Positions 26,217 to 34,965 are shown, counted from the stretch's first letter. The stretch is DNA of 64,000 nucleotides from Vicinamibacterales bacterium (GCA_965242835.1 OZ251506.1:4826494-4890493); one strand, 5' to 3'. Translations and numbers: made by a program. Notes: generated by a model not told the origin, from the sequence alone.

Positions 26217-26417
26217 TCACGCTCCTGGCTCAAGCAACGGCTCGGTCACCGTCAGGAACGGAACGTGATGAAGACGGACGTCGCGGGCGCAGACCAAGCT
26301 CATGCCGTGTTCGCGCACCAGCACGGCGGCGTGCACGTCATCCATCACGTTGCCGCGCGAGTCCGACAGTGCCACCAGGGTCCGCGGCAGCACCGCCGCG
26401 GGCCCCGGCGTCGCCAC
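26217..26417 (-). pseudogene. C-terminal fragment of a PIN-domain (VapC-like) toxin gene
   Basis: 'GNVMDDVHAAVLVREHGMSLVCARDVRLHHVPFLTVTEPL' resembles the VapC C-terminus '..GN.v.DahlAalA.ehg..L.t.D.dF.rfpgL....PL'. The N-terminal two-thirds are absent. Confidence 0.4.
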
Positions 26418-26781
26418 CAGGAGCTTGAACCCCGGCGAAGTCGCCGCCGGGGCTGTTCGGCGGCTGGTCCCTGGCTTCGATCCAGCGCGTGCGGAACAGC
26501 CATACGGTCGTCAACAAGTACCCGGCCAGGGCGAACCCGTGCGCCAGGGTGTTGGCCGCCGGCGCGATCCGTTCGATGGCGACGTACGAAACCACGTGAC
26601 CGGACTGAACCAGGACGAGCAGGGCCGCCGGCCAGAGCTGCCGGCCACTCAACTGCCCGAAGGTTTCCGGTTTGAGCAGCCACGCGAAGGTGGTCAGCGT
26701 GATGGCAAGAAGGATGTAGATCTGCGGGGGCGCGAGCGAAGCGCCGAGCACGGGAATCGCGGGAGAAGCGTCAGGCGGCAT
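26338..26781 (-). CDS. Multi-pass membrane protein (hypothetical), AT-richer cassette gene 2
   Basis: 3-4 hydrophobic helices ('IYILLAITLTTFAWLL', 'LWPAALLVLVQSGHVVSYVAI', 'LAHGFALAGYLLTTVWLF'). The C-terminal tail reads into the VapC fragment region. Overlaps the upstream gene by 11 nt. Confidence 0.5.
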   Translation of the reverse strand: MPPDASPAIPVLGASLAPPQIYILLAITLTTFAWLLKPETFGQLSGRQLWPAALLVLVQSGHVVSYVAIERIAPAANTLAHGFALAGYLLTTVWLFRTRWIEARDQPPNSPGGDFAGVQAPGGDAGARGGAAADPGGTVGLARQRDG

Positions 26782-27337
26782 GGCGCTCGAAATCGTCGAA
26801 GTACCGCCGAAGCGCCAGGGGACGGCTGTCCCGATGACGAGAGAGTGCGTTCGTGCAGTCGATCATCCTTCGGTTCCGAATCGTCCTTCCATGCTCGTGG
26901 CAGGACACGTACGCCTTCCGGCCGTCGACGATCTTGTAGTGGACCCGGCTCGGGTCGGCGCGGCGCTGACGGACGCGCACGTTCGGATACGAAGCGAGCT
27001 CTTTCTCGAACAGAGTCTCCCCCGTCCGCTTGTTCAACACGCAATCGACCCTGAAATCCGGATTGGAACGGATCTTCGCCTCCATCGCGCGCACCACGTC
27101 CCGGCTCTGATACAGCGAACCGGCATCCGTGTCCCCGTCGTCGTACATCACGATCTCCTTCGTCGCTTCGTTCAGGAGATCCAGGAAGATCCGTTGCGCC
27201 TCATCGTTGCTGTTGGGAGCCATCGGCGTCACGCGAGTCCGTGACACCTCGACCGCGTCTCGCAGCCAGGGGATGCTGACGAGTCCCGCGGTCAGGATCA
27301 GAAGGACGTTGACCGCCGGCCCGATCATGCTCTCCAC
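26771..27337 (-). CDS. N-terminally membrane-anchored protein with possible PLD/Nuc-like (HxK) domain, AT-richer cassette gene 1
   Basis: TM 'GPAVNVLLILTAGLVSIPWL'. 'IFLDLLNEATKEIVMY...DVVRAMEAKIRSNPDFRVDCVL...RVHYKIVDGRKAYVS' resembles a single HKD-type unit, but the K-to-D spacing is shorter than canonical. Confidence 0.45.
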   Translation of the reverse strand: MESMIGPAVNVLLILTAGLVSIPWLRDAVEVSRTRVTPMAPNSNDEAQRIFLDLLNEATKEIVMYDDGDTDAGSLYQSRDVVRAMEAKIRSNPDFRVDCVLNKRTGETLFEKELASYPNVRVRQRRADPSRVHYKIVDGRKAYVSCHEHGRTIRNRRMIDCTNALSRHRDSRPLALRRYFDDFERHAA

Positions 27338-27493
27338 GCAGAACCTCCATGTCGGTTGTCGTTTTTCTCTACTTGCGAGACTTGAACGGCTTCACCGTCG
27401 GAACCCGACCGGCTGATCATAGGAGTACGGCTTTCCCGGTGCAACAACATCTTGTTGTGTCCGCCTGCAGAAGCGGCACAAGATATAGGGTGT

Positions 27494-27575
27494 GATGATG
27501 AACGGCTTTCCGTTGGCCGCGGCCTCCACAAGGCGCGAGAGGTGTCTTCGCTTCGTGCATGTTCACGATGCGCAT
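27494..27575 (-). pseudogene. Phd/YefM-type antitoxin 5' fragment (frameshifted, truncated)
   Basis: rc reads ATGCGCATCGTGAACATGCACGAAGCGAAGACACCTCTCGCGCCTTGTGGAGGCCGCGGCCAACGG... This parallels 29558-29641 but is 2 nt shorter, and homology ends at the AT-richer cassette. Confidence 0.6.
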
Positions 27576-27609
27576 GACAGTTCCGGACTTGCGCGCCGGC
27601 GGCGTCCCG

Positions 27610-28494
27610 TCAAGTCCCGCCGGCCAGCGCCGCCGCCAGACCGGTCCCGATCCGCTCGGCCGCCGCCTCGGTCTCGCCGTCGCTGACGTGCGCGTAGCGC
27701 AGGGTCATCCGCTCCCGGGCGTGGCCGAGCAGGCGCGCGACCACCGGCAGGGTGATGCCCTGCAACACGGCATGGCTCGCGAACGTGTGGCGCAGGTCGT
27801 GCAGGCGCGCGTCCTCGATCCCGGCCTGCCGGCGCGCCTTGCGCCAGAGGGAGAGTTCGGCGGAGCGCGGCGCCGACGGGTCGGCCGGCGACGGAAAGAC
27901 GTGCGGACCGCCGGTTCGCGGCTGGTCCGCGAGGACGGCCCGGGCCTGCCGGTTCAGGAAGACCGTCCGCGGGCCGGTCTTGCCGTCCCGCAGATGCAGC
28001 GCGTCCTTCTCCACCTCCGACCAGCGCAGGTTCACGATCTCGCTCTTCCGGCACCCCGTCAACAGCAGCAGACGAATGACGTCCACCTGTTGCCGGCCGG
28101 ACCCCCGGCCGCGATGCGCGTCCAGGGCCGCGTGCAGGCGGCCGACCTCGGCCCGCGACAGGAAACGGGTCGGCTTCGGACGCCGGTTGCGCGTCACGCC
28201 GCGCGTCGGATTGCGGGCGAGATGGCCGCACGCGACGGCGTGGTTCAGGATCTGCCGCAACACGTCCAGCGTCCGGTTGGCGCCGCCCGCGGAGGTACGG
28301 CTGTAGCGGTCGAACCACCGATGCACCGCCGCCGGGCGTATCCGATCCAGCGGGCGCGCTCCGAACGCGGGAAGCAGTTGCGTCCGCAGCGCGCCGTCCA
28401 TGCGCTTGCGGGTCGACGGCTTGCAGCGGTCGTAGCAGGCGGTTTTCCACGGCCCGGCGACGAAGTCCCGCAGTGTCGGCGCCGCCATCTTCAA
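27610..28494 (-). CDS. Tyrosine recombinase/integrase (XerC/D-like)
   Basis: 'LLLLTGCRKSEI', 'ARLHDLRHTFASHAV', 'LLGHARERMTLRYAHV' (R...H-x-x-R...Y catalytic pattern). Confidence 0.85.
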   Translation of the reverse strand: MKMAAPTLRDFVAGPWKTACYDRCKPSTRKRMDGALRTQLLPAFGARPLDRIRPAAVHRWFDRYSRTSAGGANRTLDVLRQILNHAVACGHLARNPTRGVTRNRRPKPTRFLSRAEVGRLHAALDAHRGRGSGRQQVDVIRLLLLTGCRKSEIVNLRWSEVEKDALHLRDGKTGPRTVFLNRQARAVLADQPRTGGPHVFPSPADPSAPRSAELSLWRKARRQAGIEDARLHDLRHTFASHAVLQGITLPVVARLLGHARERMTLRYAHVSDGETEAAAERIGTGLAAALAGGT

Positions 28495-29369
28495 CCCTCC
28501 AGGACCGCGCCGACGGTTTCGGCCGCTTCACGCGCCCTGTCGTCGGCGAAGTGGACGTACTTGAGGGTGGTCGCCGGGTCGCGGTGTCCCAGCAGGCGGC
28601 CGATGATCGGCACCGTCTCGCCCTGCCCCAGCGCGAAGCTCGCGAAGCTGTGGCGGAGGTCGTGCAGCCGGACGCCGGGCAGGTCCGCCGCCGCCCGGAG
28701 GGGGCGCCAGCAGCCGTACAAGGACTCCGTCGACAGGCAGTCCGCGCCCGTCGACGCGGGGAAGACCCAGCGGCTCGTCCGCGGCAGACCGTCGAGCACC
28801 AGGCGGGCGGCCGACGAGAGCCAGACCGTGCGCGGGCCGGTCTTGCTGTCGGGCAGGAACAGGTGGTGCTCGCGATAGTCCGCCCAGCGCAGCGTCCGGA
28901 TCTCGCTCTGGCGACAGCCGGTCAGCAGCAACAGGCGGACCGCCGCCACGGGCAGCGGCGCCCCGGCCTCGCGCGCGGCCAGCGCCGCGCCCAGGCGGCG
29001 GATCTCTTCGTGCGTCAGGAACCGCTCCCGGCCCGGCGTCCGGTAGCGCCGGAGACCCGTGCACGGGTTGCTGTCCTCGGGCCGATGGCCGTAGATCTCG
29101 GCCTGACGCAGGATGACCGACAGGACCGGTAGCGACCGGTTCGCCGCGGCCGGCGTCGCGTGCAGCGAGGCGAACCAGCGCCGCACGTCCGCGCGCGTGA
29201 TCCCGGTGACGGGGCGTCCGCGGAACCACGGCATGATCCGGCTGCGCAGGTAGGACCGGTTCACCATGAGGGTTCGGGCCTTCCAGCGGCGCGCGTAGCG
29301 GTGGAAGACCTCCTCGGCGACCGTTTCGAACAGTACGTCCCGGCGTCCTTTCGTCGATGGTCCATGCAT
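28491..29369 (-). CDS. Tyrosine recombinase/integrase (XerC/D-like), overlaps downstream recombinase by 4 nt
   Basis: 'LLLLTGCRQSEI', 'VRLHDLRHSFASFAL', 'LLGHRDPATTLKYVHF'. Confidence 0.85.
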   Translation of the reverse strand: MHGPSTKGRRDVLFETVAEEVFHRYARRWKARTLMVNRSYLRSRIMPWFRGRPVTGITRADVRRWFASLHATPAAANRSLPVLSVILRQAEIYGHRPEDSNPCTGLRRYRTPGRERFLTHEEIRRLGAALAAREAGAPLPVAAVRLLLLTGCRQSEIRTLRWADYREHHLFLPDSKTGPRTVWLSSAARLVLDGLPRTSRWVFPASTGADCLSTESLYGCWRPLRAAADLPGVRLHDLRHSFASFALGQGETVPIIGRLLGHRDPATTLKYVHFADDRAREAAETVGAVLEG

Positions 29370-29557
29370 CCGCCGAGTTTGCGCCGAACCCGGGGCGGAG
29401 ATGCCGCCTGTTCACCCTCCGCATGCGTCTCGACTGCGCCGTGCTAGCATATTGAAAGCAACCGCGGCGAACGTCGTCCGACGATGCCCGGCGCCTCCTG
29501 TCGCGTCGGATCGACCTGCACGCGCCGCGCGTTCGGCGCTGGTGAACGGGGGCTCTC

Positions 29558-29803
29558 ATGCACGTCGTGAACATGCACGAAGCGAAAACACACCTCTCGC
29601 GCCTTGTGGAGGCCGCGGCAAACGGAGAACCGTTCATCATCGCGCGCGCGGGCAAGCCGGTCGTCAAGGTCGTGGCGGTGGACGCGCCGCCGCCGGGTGT
29701 CTCCCGCCGACTCGGGTTTCTGGCCGGACGGATCTCGGTCCCGAGCGATTTCGACCGCCTGGGCGCCGACGACGTCGAAACGCTGTTCGAAGGCGGCGCA
29801 TGA
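29558..29803 (+). CDS. Phd/YefM-family type II antitoxin
   Basis: 'MHVVNMHEAKTHLSRLVEAAANGEPFIIARAGKPVVKVV'. Its stop overlaps the downstream ATG (ATGA). Confidence 0.8.
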   Translation: MHVVNMHEAKTHLSRLVEAAANGEPFIIARAGKPVVKVVAVDAPPPGVSRRLGFLAGRISVPSDFDRLGADDVETLFEGGA

Positions 29804-30060
29804 AGCTGCTGCTCGACACGCACGTGCTGCTCTGGGCGGCCGGCGCCCCGGATCGGTTGCCGGCCGACGTGCGCACGCTGCTGGAAGACGCGGAGCTGGC
29901 CGTGACCGGCGCGCATGCGGTGGCCGTCGACCTGCTGCCGCCCCTGCACCGCGACCCGTTCGATCGCATCCTGATCGTGCAGGCGCAGATCGAAGGAATC
30001 GTGCTTCTGACGGCGGATGCGGCAATCGCCCGCTATCCGGGGCCGATCCGTGCGATCTGA
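29800..30060 (+). CDS. PIN-domain VapC-like toxin, unusually short (86 aa)
   Basis: 'MKLLLDTHVLLWAAGAPDRL...' and 'LPPLHRDPFDRILIVQAQIEGIVLLTADAAIARYPGP'. The central helical segment expected in this family seems to be missing. Confidence 0.6.
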   Translation: MKLLLDTHVLLWAAGAPDRLPADVRTLLEDAELAVTGAHAVAVDLLPPLHRDPFDRILIVQAQIEGIVLLTADAAIARYPGPIRAI

Positions 30061-30078
30061 ACCTCCTCGCGAACCCCG

Positions 30079-33000
30079 ATGCTCAACGCGCGCCGGAAGC
30101 TGATCGAAGTCGCGTTGCCGCTCGACGCCGTCAACGCGGCGTCGGCGCGGGAGAAGTCGATCCGCCACGGGCATCCGTCGACGCTGCACCTGTGGTGGGC
30201 GCGCCGCCCGCTGGCGGCGGCGCGGGCGGTGCTCTTCGCGCAACTGGTCGACGACCCGTCGGAGTACGTCGACGTGCTGCTGTCGGACCCGGCGAAGAAG
30301 CGCGCGGCGCGGCGGGCGCTGAAGAAGCGGGCCGGGGGACCCGCGTCCGCCGGCGCGGGGCCGGCGACGACGGGCGGCGCCGCTACGGGGAACGGCGGGG
30401 GAACCGCCGCCGTTCGCACCCGCCCGCTCGCCCAGCCGCGTGGCGGCAGGGCCGCAGCCGGGGCGGCGAAGGCGGCCGGCCGGCGGGCCCTGGACGAGAT
30501 GGCGGCGGAGATCGAACGCGAGCGGCTGTTCGGGATCATCCGGGACCTGGTGAAGTGGGAGAACACGACCAACGAGAAGGTGCTCGAACGGGCGCGGCGG
30601 GAGATCTGGCAAAGCTGGCGCCGGGCCTGCGCCGTGCACTCCGATCACCCACGGGCGGCCGAGCTGTTCGACCGGCACCGGCTGCCCGCCTTCCACGACC
30701 CGTTCGCGGGCGGAGGCTCGCTGCCGCTCGAAGCGCAACGGTTGGGCCTGGAGGCGCACGCGAGCGACCTGAACCCGGTGGCGGTGCTGATCAACAAGGC
30801 GATGATCGAGGTCCCGCCGCGCTTCGCGGGCCGGCCGCCGGCGCACCCCGACGCGCGGGCGGAGGCGACGCTGGTCGACAGGACGTGGCGCGGCGCGCAA
30901 GGGCTGGCCGAGGACGTGCGGCGCTACGGCCGGTGGATGCGGGACGAGGCGGAGAAGCGCATCGGGCATCTGTATCCGAAGGTGGAAGTCACGCCGGAGA
31001 TGGTGCGGGAGCGGCCTGACCTCGCGCCGTACGCGGGGCGGAAGCTGACGGTCATCGCGTGGCTGTGGGCGCGGACGGTGAAGAGTCCGAACCCGGCGTT
31101 CGCGGGCGTGGACGTGCCGCTGGCGTCGACGTTCATGCTGTCGACGAAGAAGGGGAAGGAGGCGTACGTCGAGCCGGTGATCGAAGGGCGGGGGTACCGG
31201 TTCGCGGTGAAGGCAGGCGCGCCGCCGGACGCGGAGGCGGCGAAGGCGGGGACGAAGCTGGCGCGGGGGGCGAACTTCCGCTGCGTGATGTCGGGCACGC
31301 CGATCGCGGGCGACTACGTCAAGGCGGAGGGGCAGGCGAAGAGGATGGGCGCGCGGCTGATGGCGGTCGTGGCGGAGGGTGACCGCGGGCGGGTCTATCT
31401 GACGCCGAGCCCGGAGCAGGAAGAGATCGCGCGGAGCGCAATTCCCCAGTGGCAGCCGGAGCAGTCGTTGCCGGACGATCCACGAAACTTCTGGACGGTA
31501 CTGTACGGCCTGAAGACCTATAGCGACCTCTTCACCCCGCGCCAGCTCGTCGCCCTGACGACCTTCTCCGATCTGGTGTCGGAGGCGGCCGAGCGCGTCC
31601 GCCGCGACGCCGCGGCGGCATACGAACAAGCGCAACAGCGGCCCGCCGACGACGCGGCTGTCGAGCGCGTCCGCCGCCGCGGCGGGCTTCCTGACGACCG
31701 TCGCGCAAGAGCGGCCGAAGCGGACGCCGGCCTGACCGACGACGCCCGACGCCAGCGCGACAGCGACGCGGGGCTTCCTGGCAACGCCCGGTCGCTGCGC
31801 GATGGCGGCGACAGCGACAGCGACGCGGCGACCGCCCGCCTGCCGGGCGACGCCCGGTCGCTGCGCCACGGTGACGCCGCGGCGGACGCCGGCCTGACCG
31901 ACGACGCCCGACGCCAGCGCGACAGCGACGCGGGGCTTCCTGGCAACGCCCGGTCGCTGCGCGATGGCGACGCCGCGGCGGGCGCGGGCCTGCCGAACGA
32001 GGGCCGGTTGCTGCGCGACAGCGACGACGCGGCGACCGCCGACGCCGCCGGCCTGACCGATGACGCCCGCCCGTTGCGCGACGGCGGCGCGGGCGCGGCG
32101 GCGTATGCCGACGCGGTCGCCCTGTATCTGGTGCTGGCTGTGAGCCGATCGTCAAGCATGTGGTCGTCCAACTGTTGGTGGCAATCCAACGGCGAATTTG
32201 TTGCTCAGGTGTTTACGAGGCAAGCCATTCCGATGGTGTGGGATTATGCGGAGAGTAACATCTTTTCAACATCCACTGGGAATTGGATCAACGCCATTGA
32301 GTGGATTGCGAGAGTCATGGAGAAACTGCCAACGCAGGGCATCGGCACCGCCAAACAAGAAGCTGCTCAGGTTCAGGCCAGCGGTAGTGGAAGATTGGTG
32401 TCAACCGATCCACCCTACTATGACAACGTCGGATACGCTGACCTGTCAGATTTCTACTATGTATGGCAACGACGTACAACCCGCAATGTGCTTCCTGATC
32501 TTTTTGCCACGGTCGCCGTGCCCAAGGCCGATGAATTGGTAGCGACGCCGTATCGCCACGGTGGCAGAGATGGGGCTGATGCATTCTTTCTCAATGGCAT
32601 GATGAACGCTTTGCATCGGCTTGCAGAGCAAGTGCATCCCGGGTTCCCGGTCACCGTCTACTACGCCTTCAAGCAGTCGGAAAACAAAGGAGGCATTGGA
32701 ACCGCCAGTACAGGCTGGGAGACGTTCTTGGACGCCGTGATCCGATCTGGGTTCGCAATTTCCGGTACGTGGCCCATGCGAACTGAAAGACCAACAGGTG
32801 TGAAAGTCGGCACCAACGCCCTCGCCTCCTCCATCGTCCTCGTCTGCCGCCGCCGCCCCGCGGACGCCCCGGCGGCCACCCGCCGCGAGTGCGTGACGGT
32901 CCTCCGCGCGGAGCTCCCCCCGGCGCTGCGGCTGCTGCAGACCGGCAACGTCGCGCCGGTCGATCTGGCGCAGGCGGCCATCGGCCCCGGCATGGCGGTT

Positions 33001-33606
33001 TACACGCGATACGCCCGCGTCCTCGACGCCGCCGGCGCCGCCATGTCGGTGCGCGAGGCGCTGGCGCTGATCAACCAGATTCTCGACGAGGTGCTCGCCG
33101 AACAGGAGGGCGACTTCGACGCCGACAGCCGGTGGGCGCTCGCCTGGTTCGAGCAGCACGGCTTCGACGAGGGCGGCTACGGCGTCGCCGAGACCCTGTC
33201 GACGGCCAAGAACACCAGCGTCGCCGGGATGGAGGAAGCGGGCATCCTGAAGTCGCGGGCGGGGCAGGTGCGGCTGCTGCGCCCGCGGGAACTGCCGGCC
33301 GACTGGGACCCGGAGAGCGACGCGCGGCGGACCGTGTGGGAGACGGTCCACCATCTCGTCCGGGTGCTGGAGACCGGCGGCGAGCAGGCGGCGGCGGCGC
33401 TGGTCCGCAAGCTGAGCGACCGGGGCGAAGCCGCCCGCGAGCTGTGCTACCGGCTGTATACGCTGTGCGAACGCAAGAAGCGCCCCGCCGAGGCGCTCGC
33501 CTACAACGGGCTGGTGCAGAGCTGGCGCGAGATCGGCCGCCTCGCCGCGGCCACGCCCGCCGAACAGGGCGGGCTGCTGGACGAACCGCCCGAAGCGGCG
33601 CCCTGA
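30079..33606 (+). CDS. DUF1156-like N6-adenine/N4-cytosine DNA methyltransferase, intact copy (1175 aa)
   Basis: '[46 protein letters not shown]' N-terminal domain. AdoMet motif '[14 protein letters not shown]'. Catalytic '[18 protein letters not shown]'. Confidence 0.85.
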   Translation: MLNARRKLIEVALPLDAVNAASAREKSIRHGHPSTLHLWWARRPLAAARAVLFAQLVDDPSEYVDVLLSDPAKKRAARRALKKRAGGPASAGAGPATTGGAATGNGGGTAAVRTRPLAQPRGGRAAAGAAKAAGRRALDEMAAEIERERLFGIIRDLVKWENTTNEKVLERARREIWQSWRRACAVHSDHPRAAELFDRHRLPAFHDPFAGGGSLPLEAQRLGLEAHASDLNPVAVLINKAMIEVPPRFAGRPPAHPDARAEATLVDRTWRGAQGLAEDVRRYGRWMRDEAEKRIGHLYPKVEVTPEMVRERPDLAPYAGRKLTVIAWLWARTVKSPNPAFAGVDVPLASTFMLSTKKGKEAYVEPVIEGRGYRFAVKAGAPPDAEAAKAGTKLARGANFRCVMSGTPIAGDYVKAEGQAKRMGARLMAVVAEGDRGRVYLTPSPEQEEIARSAIPQWQPEQSLPDDPRNFWTVLYGLKTYSDLFTPRQLVALTTFSDLVSEAAERVRRDAAAAYEQAQQRPADDAAVERVRRRGGLPDDRRARAAEADAGLTDDARRQRDSDAGLPGNARSLRDGGDSDSDAATARLPGDARSLRHGDAAADAGLTDDARRQRDSDAGLPGNARSLRDGDAAAGAGLPNEGRLLRDSDDAATADAAGLTDDARPLRDGGAGAAAYADAVALYLVLAVSRSSSMWSSNCWWQSNGEFVAQVFTRQAIPMVWDYAESNIFSTSTGNWINAIEWIARVMEKLPTQGIGTAKQEAAQVQASGSGRLVSTDPPYYDNVGYADLSDFYYVWQRRTTRNVLPDLFATVAVPKADELVATPYRHGGRDGADAFFLNGMMNALHRLAEQVHPGFPVTVYYAFKQSENKGGIGTASTGWETFLDAVIRSGFAISGTWPMRTERPTGVKVGTNALASSIVLVCRRRPADAPAATRRECVTVLRAELPPALRLLQTGNVAPVDLAQAAIGPGMAVYTRYARVLDAAGAAMSVREALALINQILDEVLAEQEGDFDADSRWALAWFEQHGFDEGGYGVAETLSTAKNTSVAGMEEAGILKSRAGQVRLLRPRELPADWDPESDARRTVWETVHHLVRVLETGGEQAAAALVRKLSDRGEAARELCYRLYTLCERKKRPAEALAYNGLVQSWREIGRLAAATPAEQGGLLDEPPEAAP
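30087..31439 (+). repeat. Inverted-repeat arm A2
   Basis: Partner of 24865-26205 (see above). Confidence 0.9.
31684..32095 (+). repeat. Intragenic acidic/Arg tandem repeat in intact methyltransferase
   Basis: An 88-nt perfect direct repeat at 31722-31809 and 31884-31971 (162-nt period). Encodes '[28 protein letters not shown]' units plus related '[11 protein letters not shown]', '[11 protein letters not shown]', '[11 protein letters not shown]'. Confidence 0.9.
32809..33014 (+). repeat. Inverted-repeat arm B2
   Basis: Partner of 23323-23528. Confidence 0.9.
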
Positions 33607-33710
33607 CCGCGGCCGGCGTCGGCGCGCGGCCGTGGCCAAGAACGCCGCGGCCGCCCGGCGAAGGCGCTTGGCCTGTCACTGCCGTTTGACAAACCGCCAC
33701 TCCTCGCGAC

Positions 33711-34724
33711 ATGCTTGAGAGCATCATGGGTGCGAAATCGACCCCTCAACTCGCGGAGGCTCCGGGCCCGGAGCGGTCGCCGGCCCCCGCTGCCAATGAC
33801 GGTCTGCGGGGCGTTTCGGCTGACGGCGACCGAAAACCGATGTGCGATCCACGGGAAGTCTCCGCAAGGATAGCACCGTTGCTCGACCGCCTGAGGGAAG
33901 CACGGAACCGCCCCCTTTTCACTCTGGTTGCGGAGCAAATCGACGGCGAGGTCTGGAACCAGGTCTATTCGTGGAAACACGAACTGCGGGCGGCTGGGAA
34001 AGCCGGAACGGTCGACGTCCTGATTCATTCACCGGGCGGCGTCCTCACGCCTTGTTACATGATCGCTCGTTTTCTGGCCCGGTGCGTGGATTCGTGGACC
34101 GCGCTCGTTCCGACGTTGGCAGCCAGCGGGGCGACGCTGGTCACGCTCGGCTCCCACGAAATCATCATGTCACAAGGAGCGCAGCTAGGTCCATTGGATC
34201 CGCAGGTAATCAGCAAGCGTCCGCAGAAATTCTTCACGACCGAACGCCAATCGCCTCTCGAGGCGCTTGAACTCGTGAACTACGCTCGAGAACTCACTTT
34301 CTCCTCCATGGACACTTCGATGCAGGAACTCCTGAGTCAGGGCGTCGCCCCGCAACGCGCACTGGAGAACTCCATCGAGATCGCCACGCGTGTCGCCCGT
34401 CCGCTTCTGGAACGGATCGAACCGTACGACTTGGCCGCGTTGCGACTCGACAGCCGCCTCGCGCTGCTATATTGCGAGCGCGTGTCTCGTCCGACTGATT
34501 CTTCGAAGAAGACTCAACGGGAAGCGAACTACCGAGACCTGGTGGAGTACTTCCCCGCGCACGAATTCGCAATCGATATCGCGGAAGCCGGCGACGGCTT
34601 GAAATTCAACGTTTCTGAACCTGAAGGGGAAATTGAAGGTATCTTCGATGCGCTCCGCCCCGAGCTGGAACGCTCTCGCGCGTACATCGGACTCGTCCCG
34701 TCGAACCCGGCACACAGGAGTTGA
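33711..34724 (+). CDS. SDH-family (ClpP/SppA-fold) serine proteinase
   Basis: 'VDVLIHSPGGVLTPCYMIARFL...ALVPTLAASGATLVTLGSHEIIMSQGAQLGPLDPQV' matches my recollection of the serine dehydrogenase proteinase family core. An alternative ATG at 33840 is possible. Confidence 0.65.
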   Translation: MLESIMGAKSTPQLAEAPGPERSPAPAANDGLRGVSADGDRKPMCDPREVSARIAPLLDRLREARNRPLFTLVAEQIDGEVWNQVYSWKHELRAAGKAGTVDVLIHSPGGVLTPCYMIARFLARCVDSWTALVPTLAASGATLVTLGSHEIIMSQGAQLGPLDPQVISKRPQKFFTTERQSPLEALELVNYARELTFSSMDTSMQELLSQGVAPQRALENSIEIATRVARPLLERIEPYDLAALRLDSRLALLYCERVSRPTDSSKKTQREANYRDLVEYFPAHEFAIDIAEAGDGLKFNVSEPEGEIEGIFDALRPELERSRAYIGLVPSNPAHRS

Positions 34725-34728
34725 CACG

Positions 34729-34965
34729 ATGAGTTCTCCAAACGAGAGACCGAGGTTCGAGTCTATCGAACACAAGCCGGATGACGTCGACGTTCGGGAT
34801 CTCATTCAGCGGTCTGACCGACGCGCGCGGAGAATATTCGAAGAGCATGTCGAGCGCCCGCTTTTCCCCTACTCGGGACACCGAGACGGACGCGACAGGG
34901 CGTTCACGTCAACGCCGGGAGTCATCCCCAAGCAACCGCGCAACAGACCCTTACGGTCGGTCTGA
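34729..34965 (+). CDS. Small hypothetical protein (78 aa)
   Basis: ATG at 34729 lies 9 nt after CAGGAG and 5 nt after the protease stop. No recognisable motif. Competes with an overlapping frame (34781..). Confidence 0.3.
   Translation: MSSPNERPRFESIEHKPDDVDVRDLIQRSDRRARRIFEEHVERPLFPYSGHRDGRDRAFTSTPGVIPKQPRNRPLRSV

Larger units (their letters stand above)
23323..26220 (-). pseudogene. DUF1156-like DNA methyltransferase, disabled copy (+1 frameshift near 25836, 3' end truncated at 23323)
   Basis: N-terminal ORF 25834..26220 ('[39 protein letters not shown]') and ORF 23115..25865 together parallel 30079..33606. Homology stops after '...GMAVYTRYA'. Confidence 0.8.

Noticed and set aside
28528-31869. 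1113-aa minus-strand ORF spanning the recombinase, TA and methyltransferase region
   Set aside because: Arg/Pro/Gly/Ala-rich translation typical of an antisense frame in >70% GC DNA. It overlaps several opposite- or other-frame genes that have clear catalytic motifs.
33686-33691. TTGACA hexamer upstream of the SDH protease gene
   Set aside because: No convincing -10 element 16-18 nt downstream. It is mentioned only as context for the cassette.
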